This document shows, in pieces, positions 24,838 through 36,600 of a stretch of 37,504 nucleotides of DNA; the first letter of the stretch is position 1, and each line of letters starts with the position of its first letter. The position numbers and the translations under genes are program-made. The DNA comes from Octopus bimaculoides (lineage: Eukaryota), in the NCBI RefSeq assembly GCF_001194135.2, contig NC_068988.1, positions 10,384,554 to 10,422,057 of the forward strand. The letters run 5' to 3'. The notes under the pieces were generated by a model. It searched no databases. It saw nothing but the letters and a program-made list of their open reading frames with translations, and had not been told where the DNA came from.

Positions 24838-24846
24838 TTAATAGTA
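24758..24846. repeat. (AAT)n microsatellite, tail or target of the upstream RLE element
   Basis: Seen directly; source of the poly-Asn, poly-Ile and poly-Leu ORFs. Confidence 0.97.
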
Positions 24847-25088
24847 ATGATAGATCCTGATTTATGTTGGAGGCCACTCATATTCTGGGGGATTAGTAGA
24901 TATTAGCGAGGTCAGTTTTTGATGGTCGATTCTTCTATCATCATGCAAGGAGGGAAGTAAGATTGATCGCTTCGAGATTTGAACTCAAATATTAAACGGC
25001 AAAAATACATAACAAAGATATATTCCTGTACAAGTAATATACATACATGCGTGCTTGTACGTTCTTGTGTGCATGGATGTAGAAACAA

Positions 25089-25089
<1 letters not shown>

Positions 25090-25170
<81 letters not shown>
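25090..25170. repeat. Perfect (AT)n microsatellite
   Basis: Seen directly. Confidence 0.98.
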
Positions 25171-25173
<3 letters not shown>

Positions 25174-26221
25174 TAGCTACATGGAGAGTGTACAAACTTA
25201 TACCTGTATATGCATCTAGACATATTTATTTCTAATATTACATATCCATATATTGCTATTTATATGCATACAAACACCTATATAGAGAAAGAAGAACTCA
25301 CACATCCACGCATCGAGAAAAAAGAAACGTACATTTACATGTCTTTGCATGTGAATACTTTTGTAGGTGTATGAGGTGCTTCTGTAGGTGCTGTAGTGAA
25401 AGTGTTTATATTTATTAAAAATTCTCTTTAGAAACAACGTCATGAATTGACAAAAATGTTGCAAGAATCTTTGGCAGTGGTCTGTACATTAAGAGAAATG
25501 AATTAAGTGTGAGGCTGCAATAATGACGTCAAATATGGCAGGTCCTCCATTTTGAAATCCCACAACTGAAGTAAAAGGAAATTTATACGAATTAAGCGAA
25601 CATTGTAAGCGAATGATGCCTTACATATGCAAATGTACTCAGTTGGAAACATATCCTTATTATTGATACTGCATATGTATAATATGTCTAGAAGCAGTGA
25701 AGAATCTTTATGAATTTACACGTCATATGAATATATATTAATATGTGTGTGATATACTCGTAAATACCCATATCTACGTTCTTGATTATGAGTGCATATA
25801 AATATACATTCACACACACACACACACACATGTATGCGTGTATATAATTTATACACAGGCATACATACAAACACAAATACTCACATATTTTTAAGCATAT
25901 GCACAGATTGTCATATTTGTGCATAAGGCTAGTCTTTGTAGCAATATTTTGTCATGAAACTATTATAAATCAACATAATATCGTTGAAGAAAATAATTTG
26001 CGAACACGTTGGTTTCCTGCTCTGCGAACATGATCTAGTATAAAGTATACGAAATTGATTACATACCATCTCTTTCGTATATATTTATACGATAATTCTG
26101 TGGTAAACATTGCAAGTAGAAAACTCCATTGTGTTTTATTAATATTATGTGTCGTGGAAACAAAAACTAATGAGATTGTTAAAAGTTGTGAACAACAAAG
26201 GCACTCATTCAGACACACGCA

Positions 26222-26283
<62 letters not shown>

Positions 26284-26749
26284 NNNNNNNNNNNNNNNNN
26301 NNNNNNNNNNNNNNNNNNNNNNNNNNNNNNNNNNNNNNNNNNNNNNNNNNNNNNNNNNNNNNNNNNNNNNNNNNNNNNNNNNNNNNNNNNNNNNNNNNNN
26401 NNNNNNNNNNNNNNNNNNNNNNNNNNNNNNNNNNNNNNNNNNNNNNNNNNNNNNNNNNNNNNNNNNNNNNNNNNNNNNNNNNNNNNNNNNNNNNNNNNNN
26501 NNNNNNNNNNNNNNNNNNNNNNNNNNNNNNNATATATGTATGTATATATATATAGAGAGAAACAAGTGGAAAACAAGACAAGTAACATAAGGAACGATCC
26601 TTCATCAGCTGTCGGCTGTTTTTTTTCTTTTTGTTCCACATTTCGAGCAATTACAAGGTGTGTTTTCGAGAAAGCAGTTGCTCCCGCAAACCAAAATCAA
26701 ATTTTGGATTTGCGGAGGGTCAACGCTGGTAAAAAAACACGACAGTGAA

Positions 26750-27066
26750 AACAAACAGCAAGGGCTGCTAAGCCATAAGGACCTGAGGTTGCGAACGTTG
26801 TAGGATCAACCTTATTTCTCCCTCCAGCTTTCGCCACCTTCATTTTTCGTTGCCCCAGTTCACTCAGCTGGCAAAAACGAGTAATGCTCGTATTTCAAAG
26901 GAAAGGCCTTGTTACACCCTGTTCCACACTCAATTTTCCTGAGAACAACGTGAAGTGTACACGTATCTATGGAGTGCTCATCCACTTGCCCGTGAATTTC
27001 ACGAGTAAGCTGTTCCCTTCATCAGATCAACTTGATCCAAAGTCGTCGTAACCGACAGGATGCCAG
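26750..27066 (+). mobile_element. SINE related to family C (shared 3' domain, different 5'/central part)
   Basis: 26890-27066 (gtatttcaaagg..cctgagaacaacgtgaagtgtacacgtatctatggagtgctcatccacttg..aatttcacgag..gtcgtcgtaaccgacaggatgcca) matches the reverse complement of 12086-12265. The upstream part (gccccagttcactcagctggcaaaaacgagt) does not match. Confidence 0.8.
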
Positions 27067-28159
27067 TTATATAAAGTAAACGTCTACATATAGTTAGATG
27101 GTGCCTTGTTATGGATTAACAACGGAAGCAACGGTTTCATGTAGAATAGGTCTCTACAAGTCTTTAAATAGTTCACGTAGGTGATCGTGTTCTATCGAAA
27201 ACAGAATGAATGGTTTTATGTTTCTGTTATACATCATAGTCTTAAACGTTTCGTTTTAGTATAATGATACTATATTTTGTCATAATTCTACCTGTTCCTC
27301 TCTTACTCTGTCGGAAAACCTTGTTTTTGAAGATAATGAAGGAATAGAATATGAGACAATAACGTTTCAATTATTTCCCTCTGCTACAGTAACAGCTCAG
27401 ACGCTGATTAATAATGTGTCTTTCATGCTTCTTTCTTCAACTTCTATTTCACAAAATATAAATTTATTGTTCGTTTCATTCGAGCACGTAAATCGTATAG
27501 TAAAAACCCCATGTGGATGGCTAATTAAACAAATCACACGGTTGTTTTGACACGCTTTAGTGTGACCCTATTTGGCAGTATATAACAATCGATTGTACCC
27601 ATTTAATGATCCGTGTGTCGTTACATAAAAAAAAAAGAGAAACGTGTTGCAAATATTCGTATGTCAATAAACACAATCCGGGTCTTATATCGCTACGAAT
27701 GAATGTCGTGTTATTGTTCTTGTCAGAATCTGCTGATGTATTATTGTACTTGCTATAATTATTTCTACTTGTTTTTCAAATTCTAATAATCTTACTCTTT
27801 CATGCTAGATTACTCGAAGACATACTTACCTATACGTTGTTTCCAAGTCTAAGAATAAGAGAGGTGTTTCATCCAATTTTGCATTCCAATCACTTTGTCT
27901 CATACTAAGTACGTCTGTTTTCATTTTGCTCTTCAATTGTTTTCTTGATATTATAAAAGAATTCTTTCAAATCATTAAAGTGAATGCTAAAACCAATATA
28001 TTGATATGTATGTACGTGGATATGTATTTGTGCATATATGTGTGTGTATATGTTTACACACATGCGCCCGCTTATATATATATTCAGTATCGCTCCCTCT
28101 CGTCGCGTCTGTGTGTAATGTCACTAGAACCACTATTGCAAAACTTGGGGCATCGAGGG

Positions 28160-28313
28160 GGATCCTCAGTAATCAATTAGTACTGATTTTATCGAACCCG
28201 AAAGGGTAAAAGCTGAGGTTGACTCTGGCGGAATTTCAACTCCGAACGTTAAGACAGACCTGAAGCTGTTAACCATCTAGTCTGTGTGTGCAAAAGAGTC
28301 TACCTATCACCGC
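28160..28313 (-). mobile_element. SINE family A copy, old and diverged
   Basis: The reverse complement reads gcggtgataggtagactc..gtctgtcttaacgttcggagttgaaattccgccagagtcaacctcagcttttaccctttcgggttcgataaaatcagtac. Confidence 0.8.
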
Positions 28314-28539
28314 TACACTGTAAGGTAGTTCCCTGTTCCCCAACCAGCAATGGACCATATTTGTAACTGATCACAGGATCCAATTTGTAGAATATTTTAC
28401 CCAGTATTTACCTACATTCAATTGTATTTTGCAGAATTATGTTTCCACACGAATTAGCTCCTATTTTAAAGTTTTTTTTAGATCACAGTACTTTTTCTTG
28501 ATTTTTATCATCATCTTCATCATCATCATTATTATTATT

Positions 28540-28783
28540 GGCGGCGAGATTGGCAGAATCTTAAGCAGGCTGGCAATATGCTTAGCGGCATTTCGTTCGT
28601 CCGACTTTACGTTCTGAGATCAAACAACGCCGTGATCAACTTTGCTTTTCATCCACTCGCAGTCAAAGAAATAAGTATTAGTTGAGAACTGGGGTCGATG
28701 TAATCGACTAGTCACCAACTCCCCCCCCCCCCCTAAAAAAATTTCAGACGTTGTGCCTATAGCAGAAATGATTATTATTATTA
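28540..28783 (+). mobile_element. SINE family A copy with (ATT)n tail
   Basis: ggcggcgagattggcagaatcttaagc..gcttagcggcatttcgttcg..gttctgagatcaaacaacgccgtgatcaactttgcttttcatcc..aagtattagttgagaactggggtcgatgtaatcgact..cccctaaaaaaatttcagacgttgtgcctatagcagaaatgattatt. Confidence 0.88.
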
Positions 28784-28802
28784 NNNNNNNNNNTAGCAGA
28801 AA

Positions 28803-28804
28803 TG

Positions 28805-28843
<39 letters not shown>

Positions 28844-28929
28844 GTTGTTGTTGTTGTTGTTGTCGTCGTCGTGGTCGTCGTCAACATCATCATCGTCATC
28901 ATCATCATCATTATTATTATTATTAATTT

Positions 28930-28987
<58 letters not shown>

Positions 28988-29045
28988 TAGTAGTAGTCGC
29001 AGCAGCAGCCGCAGCAGTCCTAGTAGCAGCGGTAGTAGTAGTTAT
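28803..29045. repeat. Compound trinucleotide array (ATT)n-(GTT)n-(GTC)n-(ATC)n-(ATT)n-(AGT)n-(AGC)n
   Basis: Seen directly. Confidence 0.95.
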
Positions 29046-29934
29046 AGTTGTTGTATGTGTTAATATATTTTATGGTTGTTCATATTATTCAGAATGTTGA
29101 GGAAATTAAGTGAGCCTGCACTTAAACATAAATCAATCGCCAATGTTCTGGCCATAAAATAACTAAGAACAGTGTTGGAAATAAGAAACGCAATAACTGC
29201 AGATGTAAGCAACCAAAATGAAGAATATGGCCACAAGAACTGGGTGTATGTATTGGATCAGATATATTAGTTTAGGAAACACTAGCCTTTTCTTTTATTA
29301 GAATCGGATACATGTGGTAATAAACATACGCATATATGCATATATGCATATATATATATATATANNNNNNNNNNNNNNNNNNNNNNNNNNNNNNNNNNNN
29401 NNNNNNNNNNNNNNNNNNNNNNNNNNNNNNNNNNNNNNNNNNNNNNNNNNNNNNNNNNNNNNNNNNNNNNNNNNNNNNNNNNNNNNNNNNNNNNNNNNNN
29501 NNNNNNNNNNNNNNNNNNNNNNNNNNNNNNNNNNNNNNNNNNNNNNNNNNNNNNNNNNNNNNNNNNNNNNNNNNNNNNNNNNNNNNNNNNNNNNNNNNNN
29601 NNNNNNNNNNNNNNNNNNNNNNNNNNNNNNNNNNNNNNNNNNNNNNNNNNNNNNNNNNNNNNNNNNNNNNNNNNNNNNNNNNNNNNNNNNNNNNNNNNNN
29701 NNNNNNNNNNNNNNNNNNNNNNNNNNNNNNNNNNNNNNNNNNNNNNNNNNNNNNNNNNNNNNNNNNNNNNNNNNNNNNNNNNNNNNNNNNNNNNNNNNNN
29801 NNNNNNNNNNNNNNNNNNNNNNNNNNNNNNNNNNNNNNNNNNNNNNNNNNNNNNNNNNNNNNNNNNNNNNNNNNNNNNNNNNNNNNNNNNNNNNNNNNNN
29901 NNNNNNNNNNNNNNNNNNNNNNNNNNNNNNNNNN

Positions 29935-29980
<46 letters not shown>

Positions 29981-30897
29981 ATTTAAATATATGTAGGTGT
30001 GTAAATATACACATATGTATATATGTTTGTGTGTGTATAACCATTATGAGAAGAAGAATATTGTATTCTTAAAAAATAGAGTATATTTTAGTGTAAAGAT
30101 GTTTTCTACATTTATCATAAAGTGTATCAATAATCACGCGCAGAAAAAAAAAGGGGCTTACTTGGATGCGTTGTCAAAATAACAATGCTATAAAATACCT
30201 AACTACATCAATAAGACACGTATATGTGTTGTGAATATTTATAAACACTAAGGCTGACTTAGATAACAATATTTCATCATTCTCTGGGATATTGATCATG
30301 CGTTCTGCATGCTGAAATAACTAGAATTTGCCCGAACAGAACAGAGATATTGTACGAAAGGAAGTAAGAAACGATANNNNNNNNNNNNNNNNNNNNNNNN
30401 NNNNNNNNNNNNNNNNNNNNNNNNNNNNNNNNNNNNNNNNNNNNNNNNNNNNNNNNNNNNNNNNNNNNNNNNNNNNNNNNNNNNNNNNNNNNNNNNNNNN
30501 NNNNNNNNNNNNNNNNNNNNNNNNNNNNNNNNNNNNNNNNNNNNNNNNNNNNNNNNNNNNNNNNNNNNNNNNNNNNNNNNNNNNNNNNNNNNNNNNNNNN
30601 NNNNNNNNNNNNNNNNNNNNNNNNNNNNNNNNNNNNNNNNNNNNNNCTGTTTATTTAATGTAGCATACAGATTTTCGTATTCACATTAATCCTATATGGA
30701 ACTGTTTAAAAATACAAGGTCGAAGGCCCTGTTAATATCTAGATTCTCTCGCTGTGTGTGCTATATATTATTATCAACGAGTGCTTCTTTCTACAAAACT
30801 TTATACTCTGTGTGAATAAATGTAGGCTTACGTACGCGAATGCATAAACATATGTACTGTAATTTAAAGTAATATGATATTATATATCCGTGTTTGT

Positions 30898-30948
30898 GAG
30901 CTTGTAGAGATTATATGTGTATAGAGCTTGTAGAGATTATATGTGTAT
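30898..30948. repeat. Tandem duplication, 25-bp unit GAGCTTGTAGAGATTATATGTGTAT x2 (period 26)
   Basis: Copies at 30898-30922 and 30924-30948. Confidence 0.95.
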
Positions 30949-31982
30949 GTGTATACATACACACACACAAACGCATATGTATGTATTTATATATAGACAG
31001 ATAAGGAGACAAATGAGTGGGTGTCCTAGCCGTCATTATACTACGAAACATAGATTAAAACATAAGTACAATATAACGTTACCTTCCAATTTCTCATGAA
31101 ATATACATAAATATTATACAAAATAAATTTTCTTTAAAAGCAAAATCTTAATTATGTAAGACGTTTCTTATAACAACACATAATGCTAGAATGTCACTCC
31201 ATCGTACCGGGTTGTAAAACAAATATATATTTCACATATACGGACTAGTTATGATGAACCCGTTTCGATATCTGTCAGTATATTTTACATATTATATTCA
31301 ATTGTATTAAAACAGGATAATATATACATCAACACTTGTTCAGATCGTTTAGATGACTCGAAGACATATCACAATTATGTGGAGAGTGATATATATTTGT
31401 AGTTTATAGCTCCGAACGAAGGAGAGAAGGCTAATGTGAACTAACATCATGTAATATATGATATAGGTATTCTGCTTCATTACTGGCTATGTTCCGATTT
31501 AGGCTTATATACGTTAATGCACACACAGGGAACCAAACTCCGTATTGACACACAGATTCACATTCACACACGCACTCATATTTAAGCACACACACATACA
31601 CACACACACATGAGCACAGTAAGGTACACATCTTTAGATTGATGTCCATATATGTCTTTGCATTTATCTATAACTCAAGGCCATTGCTCACAGCTGTTAA
31701 CGCCACATTATTGTAAATAATAACAGCTCGTTTTGTTGGGCGAATGACAGATAAATTTCTATTTTTGTATGAATGGCATATTCGGTGAATGTAATACATA
31801 ACACTGGACTCCGGTGTTTTTTAACGACTCGTTCATCCGTAAACTCATTTACCGATATGGTCGCAGGCATTTCGAGTTTATATAGTATCGACGATATATA
31901 TGTGTGTGTGAGTGTGTGTGTGTGTGGGTGTGTGTGTGTGTATGTGTGTGTGAGTATATGCATATATATATATATATATATG

Positions 31983-32020
<38 letters not shown>

Positions 32021-32399
32021 TATTCGTGTAGAGGTGTTTGTGTAAGTGAAGACTAAAATAGTTTTCTGAAAGGAAAAATGTAAAGTAAGTCGAGAATATT
32101 TAGAAAAAACCATTACGTGAATCGAAGATTGCCAGTTCTGATATGGTATTGTGTGCGGATGGAGCTTGCTTCAATATCACGATGCGTCTCTTATTCATAA
32201 AATCTCTACCCAATGTTATGTAGTCAACATATCCATAACTATAATATATATTCACATATTTCTTTTCGGAGAATAACGATCCAATGTTTCATTCATTCTG
32301 TATTCTGAATGTTATCGGTAAATGGATAGAGATAATGTATAGTGAAGAATGATTCGTAATGGATAAATTCTATAAAAATCGACATACACTGACAATGAT

Positions 32400-33070
32400 A
32401 TAAGTGCGCAACACCTCATGTATATGTGTGTGTGCGCGCGCGCGAGTGAGTGTACGTGCGCGTGTGTGTGAATTTATAGCGTGCACACATGTGTATATAC
32501 GTATATATANNNNNNNNNNNNNNNNNNNNNNNNNNNNNNNNNNNNNNNNNNNNNNNNNNNNNNNNNNNNNNNNNNNNNNNNNNNNNNNNNNNNNNNNNNN
32601 NNNNNNNNNNNNNNNNNNNNNNNNNNNNNNNNNNNNNNNNNNNNNNNNNNNNNNNNNNNNNNNNNNNNNNNNNNNTATATATATATATATATGCACATAT
32701 ATATATGTATATCTTCACATATACATATATGTATAAAAATATAGATATATATATATATATATATATATATCTATACATGTATGCAAAAATTTATGTCTAC
32801 ACACGTATTTTACATGTAGTGTATATACACACATATATATATATATACATATATATTTGTTAATGCATATATGTTTGTATATACATATATATGTGCTTGT
32901 ATTCATAAATACAGATATTTATATTTTTATTTCCATATACATTCAGATGTACACATTTATAGGGCACTTATAGGTAAATATATGTTTGTATTTATATATG
33001 TATGTATGTTTGTATTTATATATGTATGTATGTTTGTATATATGCGTGTGTATCTGTGTATGCACGTGCG
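32400..33070. repeat. Degenerate (AT)/(GT)/(ATGT) low-complexity region around a gap
   Basis: Seen directly; source of the many Y/I/C/V ORFs. Confidence 0.9.
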
Positions 33071-36000
33071 TTTAATTATAGAACGTTTTGTTATCCTCCA
33101 ATGTTTACATTTTTGACACCTTTGTTCTCAGTTACAAAACTTGCAAACGTTATACAAGTCATATATGGAACCTTAAATTGTATCTCGTCAACAGTTGGAC
33201 GATTCATTTGGTGGGATACACTGTGATATATATTGCATGACTTTGTGTTGCTATATTTACAATTCTGTTATGCTCAATGGTATAAACAAATTTATGTTCA
33301 TTCAGTTTGTTTCTTGTTTAGAGATTTCTAATCAATAGATTCTTCGAATTTGATATTGCCTAAAATTAGATACTGTCACGAAACGCCAGTTACTATTTCG
33401 TGGATTTTGTCAATATGTTGATTGCATACTAATACGTAGGCACTTACCCCATCAAACTTTCCAAATTTTCATTTCTGTCAAAGCTTTATCCAGATCTTGA
33501 CTGAGAGGTCCCTTACAATACGAATATATTCATATATTTTTCTTCACTTTCATTTGGTTTCTAAATTCTAGCTCATTAAACTTGATTTTTACGTATTTGA
33601 ATTTTATAAATATGTAGGGTTTACAATTTCCGACCGAATACACAAGGATTTGTAATTCTTTTTACTTTTTCAATATTTTCGCTACTTAGTATAAATTTCC
33701 TCGTCCTCGTTATAGTAATGTCCATAGGTGGCTAAGAAATCAACAAGAATTGTATGTATCAGAATTTTCTTTCTTTTATCATGTATAAGGATTAATCAGA
33801 AAGACCTTCCCATGTTAAACTCATGGATACGTAATGCTTATTCAACTAATAACCTTGGAATATGCGTGAACGTAAAGAAACATAAAAAGCAATGTGTCTA
33901 GGTAGATTAAGTCCTCAAATATACGCTTGTTCACTGAACCATGCCACAAAAAACATAAATAAAATTGGGATAAATTTGTTCCTAACAACATAATGGTAAA
34001 CAAGAATTGTTGGTTCCTACCTTGAGACGCTTCAATAAAAAAACCTGCTTGTAAACAGACAACATTTCCATTAGAAAGAAAAACGTGTTATAAGGTTATG
34101 AATCCATACGCTGTCTATAGGATAGAGATTGGGAAATTTAGACGCTCATATTTTAGCGAGTACTACCAATGTGCTACATGATATATTTCTAAGAAAAAAA
34201 ATATTATATTCTGGTTTGAGTTTATATAATCCTATCCGAACCGTCTGAGTGAATGAATTTACATACGTTTACTAAGCAGAAGTTTCAGACCTCAAATATA
34301 TATACTTTTAACGCGATAGTAAATATCTACATTGAATTTCAGCACACATTATTCCGGATAAAATTAATAATTGGATCGATATCATATCTTATACATGTGC
34401 AATCCATATCATTTAAACGTATTGTGTGGAATTGTCAATTCAATAAACTGATTGTATATACTTTTACAAAGTTTCGTGTGTATCTTTGTAAATATTTTTT
34501 GTATTAGTATATAATATATTTAGAATAAGGTGCGATAGAAAACGTTGATACCACTAACGGAATATAGAAATAGTCCCCAATCGGATAAAATTGAATGCTG
34601 GAACGAAAATTTAAGTGAAATAATGTGACTCGGTTTTATTGCTTCGAGCATTTATTTTTGGTTATTTTCACTTGAATGAATAGTTTTGAGGAGCTTGGGA
34701 GCTTATTCGCTTAGATCTTCATCTTCAGCTTTCCCTATAGCCTCATAAACCATTGACCCATGCAACTAAACACGTACAATACAACATAACATATATTTGC
34801 TGTCAGAGGCCTGCAGAATTCTACAAAATGTACGTCCTTACATGACATATAGTTTGGGTTACATTAAATTTAGCAAGTTAAAATATATTTTGCCATGGAA
34901 TATTGTAGTAAATACACACACACACCTATGCACACTCACACACACATTTATCCGTGAGCGCCTGCGTATTTGTGTGTGTGTGCTTATTTCGTCTTGCATC
35001 AAATTTAGATGTGTCGAGCATGTTATTTCTGGTAAGAACGATCGATGTGAGAACCGGGTAGAATTTATAACAATGTATTGCTTCATGTACATACATTGTC
35101 TTTCATTCAGACTTACACTATTTAGTGTGCCAGAACCGAAACTGGGGTACTGCCAGATATTTGCTTCTCCAACACTAATCAAATAACGTTAATCTACATC
35201 CAGAGTAATGTGACTGTTGTTGGAAATTGATTGCCATAAATTCCAGTAGTTTTTCTGTTCCTTTCTTGTATGCTATGTATTAATCTAATGTGGGCAAAGT
35301 TCAACCGATACTTCGCTGTCTTTGTTTCCGTCAAAATTCGGCGTCGTACGTCAGTGCATTTTTTCACTTGACACTCTGCAAATTGGATTTTCATAAAGAA
35401 TAGTATTAAATATAAAGACTAAGCAAAACTGTGAACGTCAGAGCTTATTCTTTGATAGGAGCAAATTGATTAATATCAAAGTAGAACCGCATATTCAGCA
35501 GAAGTTTATATTATATTCTATGTCTTGCAATTTACCTAAGATAAAACTGCAGGTCCTGTCAAAAACATATTGACAAGACTTCATATATAAATATTCTGAA
35601 AACTTGAATGCACGTCATACGTTATATAAGGGTCTCGGACAATTGAGAAATTCAAAAAAAAAAAGGAAAGGTAAAAGAAAGCTCATGTTTTATACTAAAT
35701 AAAAACATCATCTGTTCAATTTTTTGAGTCATCCAGGGTGCTAATATGTTCAGCATAATGTGCTGTGTCAATTACAGCCATTTTCTTGTGTAGGTATATA
35801 TATATATATACCATGCTATAGAACTGAAAATCAATTCAAAAGTTATATATATTTCACGTTACACCACATCATATCTAACGTTCATTATATAGCGTAATTA
35901 CGTTCTGACGGAGCTTTCAGCGATTGTAAATGTATGAAGCCACCTAAAGAGTTTATGACACACTACAACACTTACTGAAATGAACGGCCTCTATTTAAGT

Positions 36001-36333
36001 TCTATTTCTATTATTCGTATCATTTGTACCAAGTTGTAAAACAAGTTATTTTTAAAGCTACAGTTGGCTAGGAGATTGCTGCAGTAAGGGGATGGCTTAT
36101 CAAAACTTTCTTTACAAGAAAACTTAGGTATCCTTTTGCTAATATTGGCTATCAGATTTTGAAGCACTATGGGGAGATGATGACAACACTGCGTATGTAG
36201 GAAAGTTTCTCGATGGCTTATGGGACGGTTTGTGAGTGAATAAGTTTAAATCTAGAGAAACTCTTAACAGATTAGTAATGAGTGAGATTTTAAGGCCTAA
36301 TTGGCTAACGGTGGAGTTGATTTGTTTCGTATG

Positions 36334-36398
<65 letters not shown>

Positions 36399-36409
36399 GA
36401 TGATAGATA

Positions 36410-36600
36410 GCTAGCCACTACACATTCTTTATTTTCTCTCCTTGTTCTCCTTGTTTCTTTCTGTGTTCCTTTCTGTGGAAGTGCGTAGGCTCGAAACGTT
36501 AAGGATTTTTCACTCACCGAGCGTTAAACTAATGCATCTGTTCGTTGTCAACACTACCTCTCCTCGTCTTTTTGCTTTCAGGAATGTTCCCATTATATGT
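36410..36600 (+). mobile_element. Probable Penelope-like element terminal-repeat fragment
   Basis: A pyrimidine tract leads into ctgtggaagtgcgtaggctcgaaacgtt..gagcgttaaactaat.., embedded between (CA)n/(AT)n tracts. The stem-loop plus GAAACGT is typical of PLE minimal hammerheads. The family assignment is from recall only. Confidence 0.45.

Larger units (their letters stand above)
936..32675. other. Twelve assembly gaps (N-runs): 936-1000, 2449-2837, 11315-11527, 12902-13145, 13879-14242, 16158-16345, 17779-18675, 26284-26531, 28784-28793, 29365-29934, 30377-30646, 32510-32675
   Basis: N-runs read directly; most abut (AT)n, (CA)n or (GT)n arrays, the typical breakpoints of short-read contigs. 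Confidence 0.98.

Noticed and set aside
24569-24881. Poly-Leu/poly-Ile ORFs resembling signal peptides or TM helices
   Set aside because: They are the antisense reading of the (AAT)n array.
25432-25506. KQRHELTKMLQESLAVVCTLREMN* after an acceptor, faintly like a dynamin/Drp1 GED C-terminus
   Set aside because: Only 24 residues with weak similarity, and no other dynamin exons in the window.
27260-27550. 96-codon stop-free plus frame with N-glycosylation sequons
   Set aside because: Several open frames of this length are expected by chance in six frames of this window; no motif is recognisable.
28760-28820. Direct repeat tagcagaaatgattattatt on both sides of a 10-N gap
   Set aside because: It looks like unmerged overlapping contig ends, not a target-site duplication.
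2347-32863. Long ORFs in the track containing X-runs or YI/CV/HT/SIYL repeats
   Set aside because: They are produced by N-gaps and di-/tetranucleotide microsatellites, not coding sequence.
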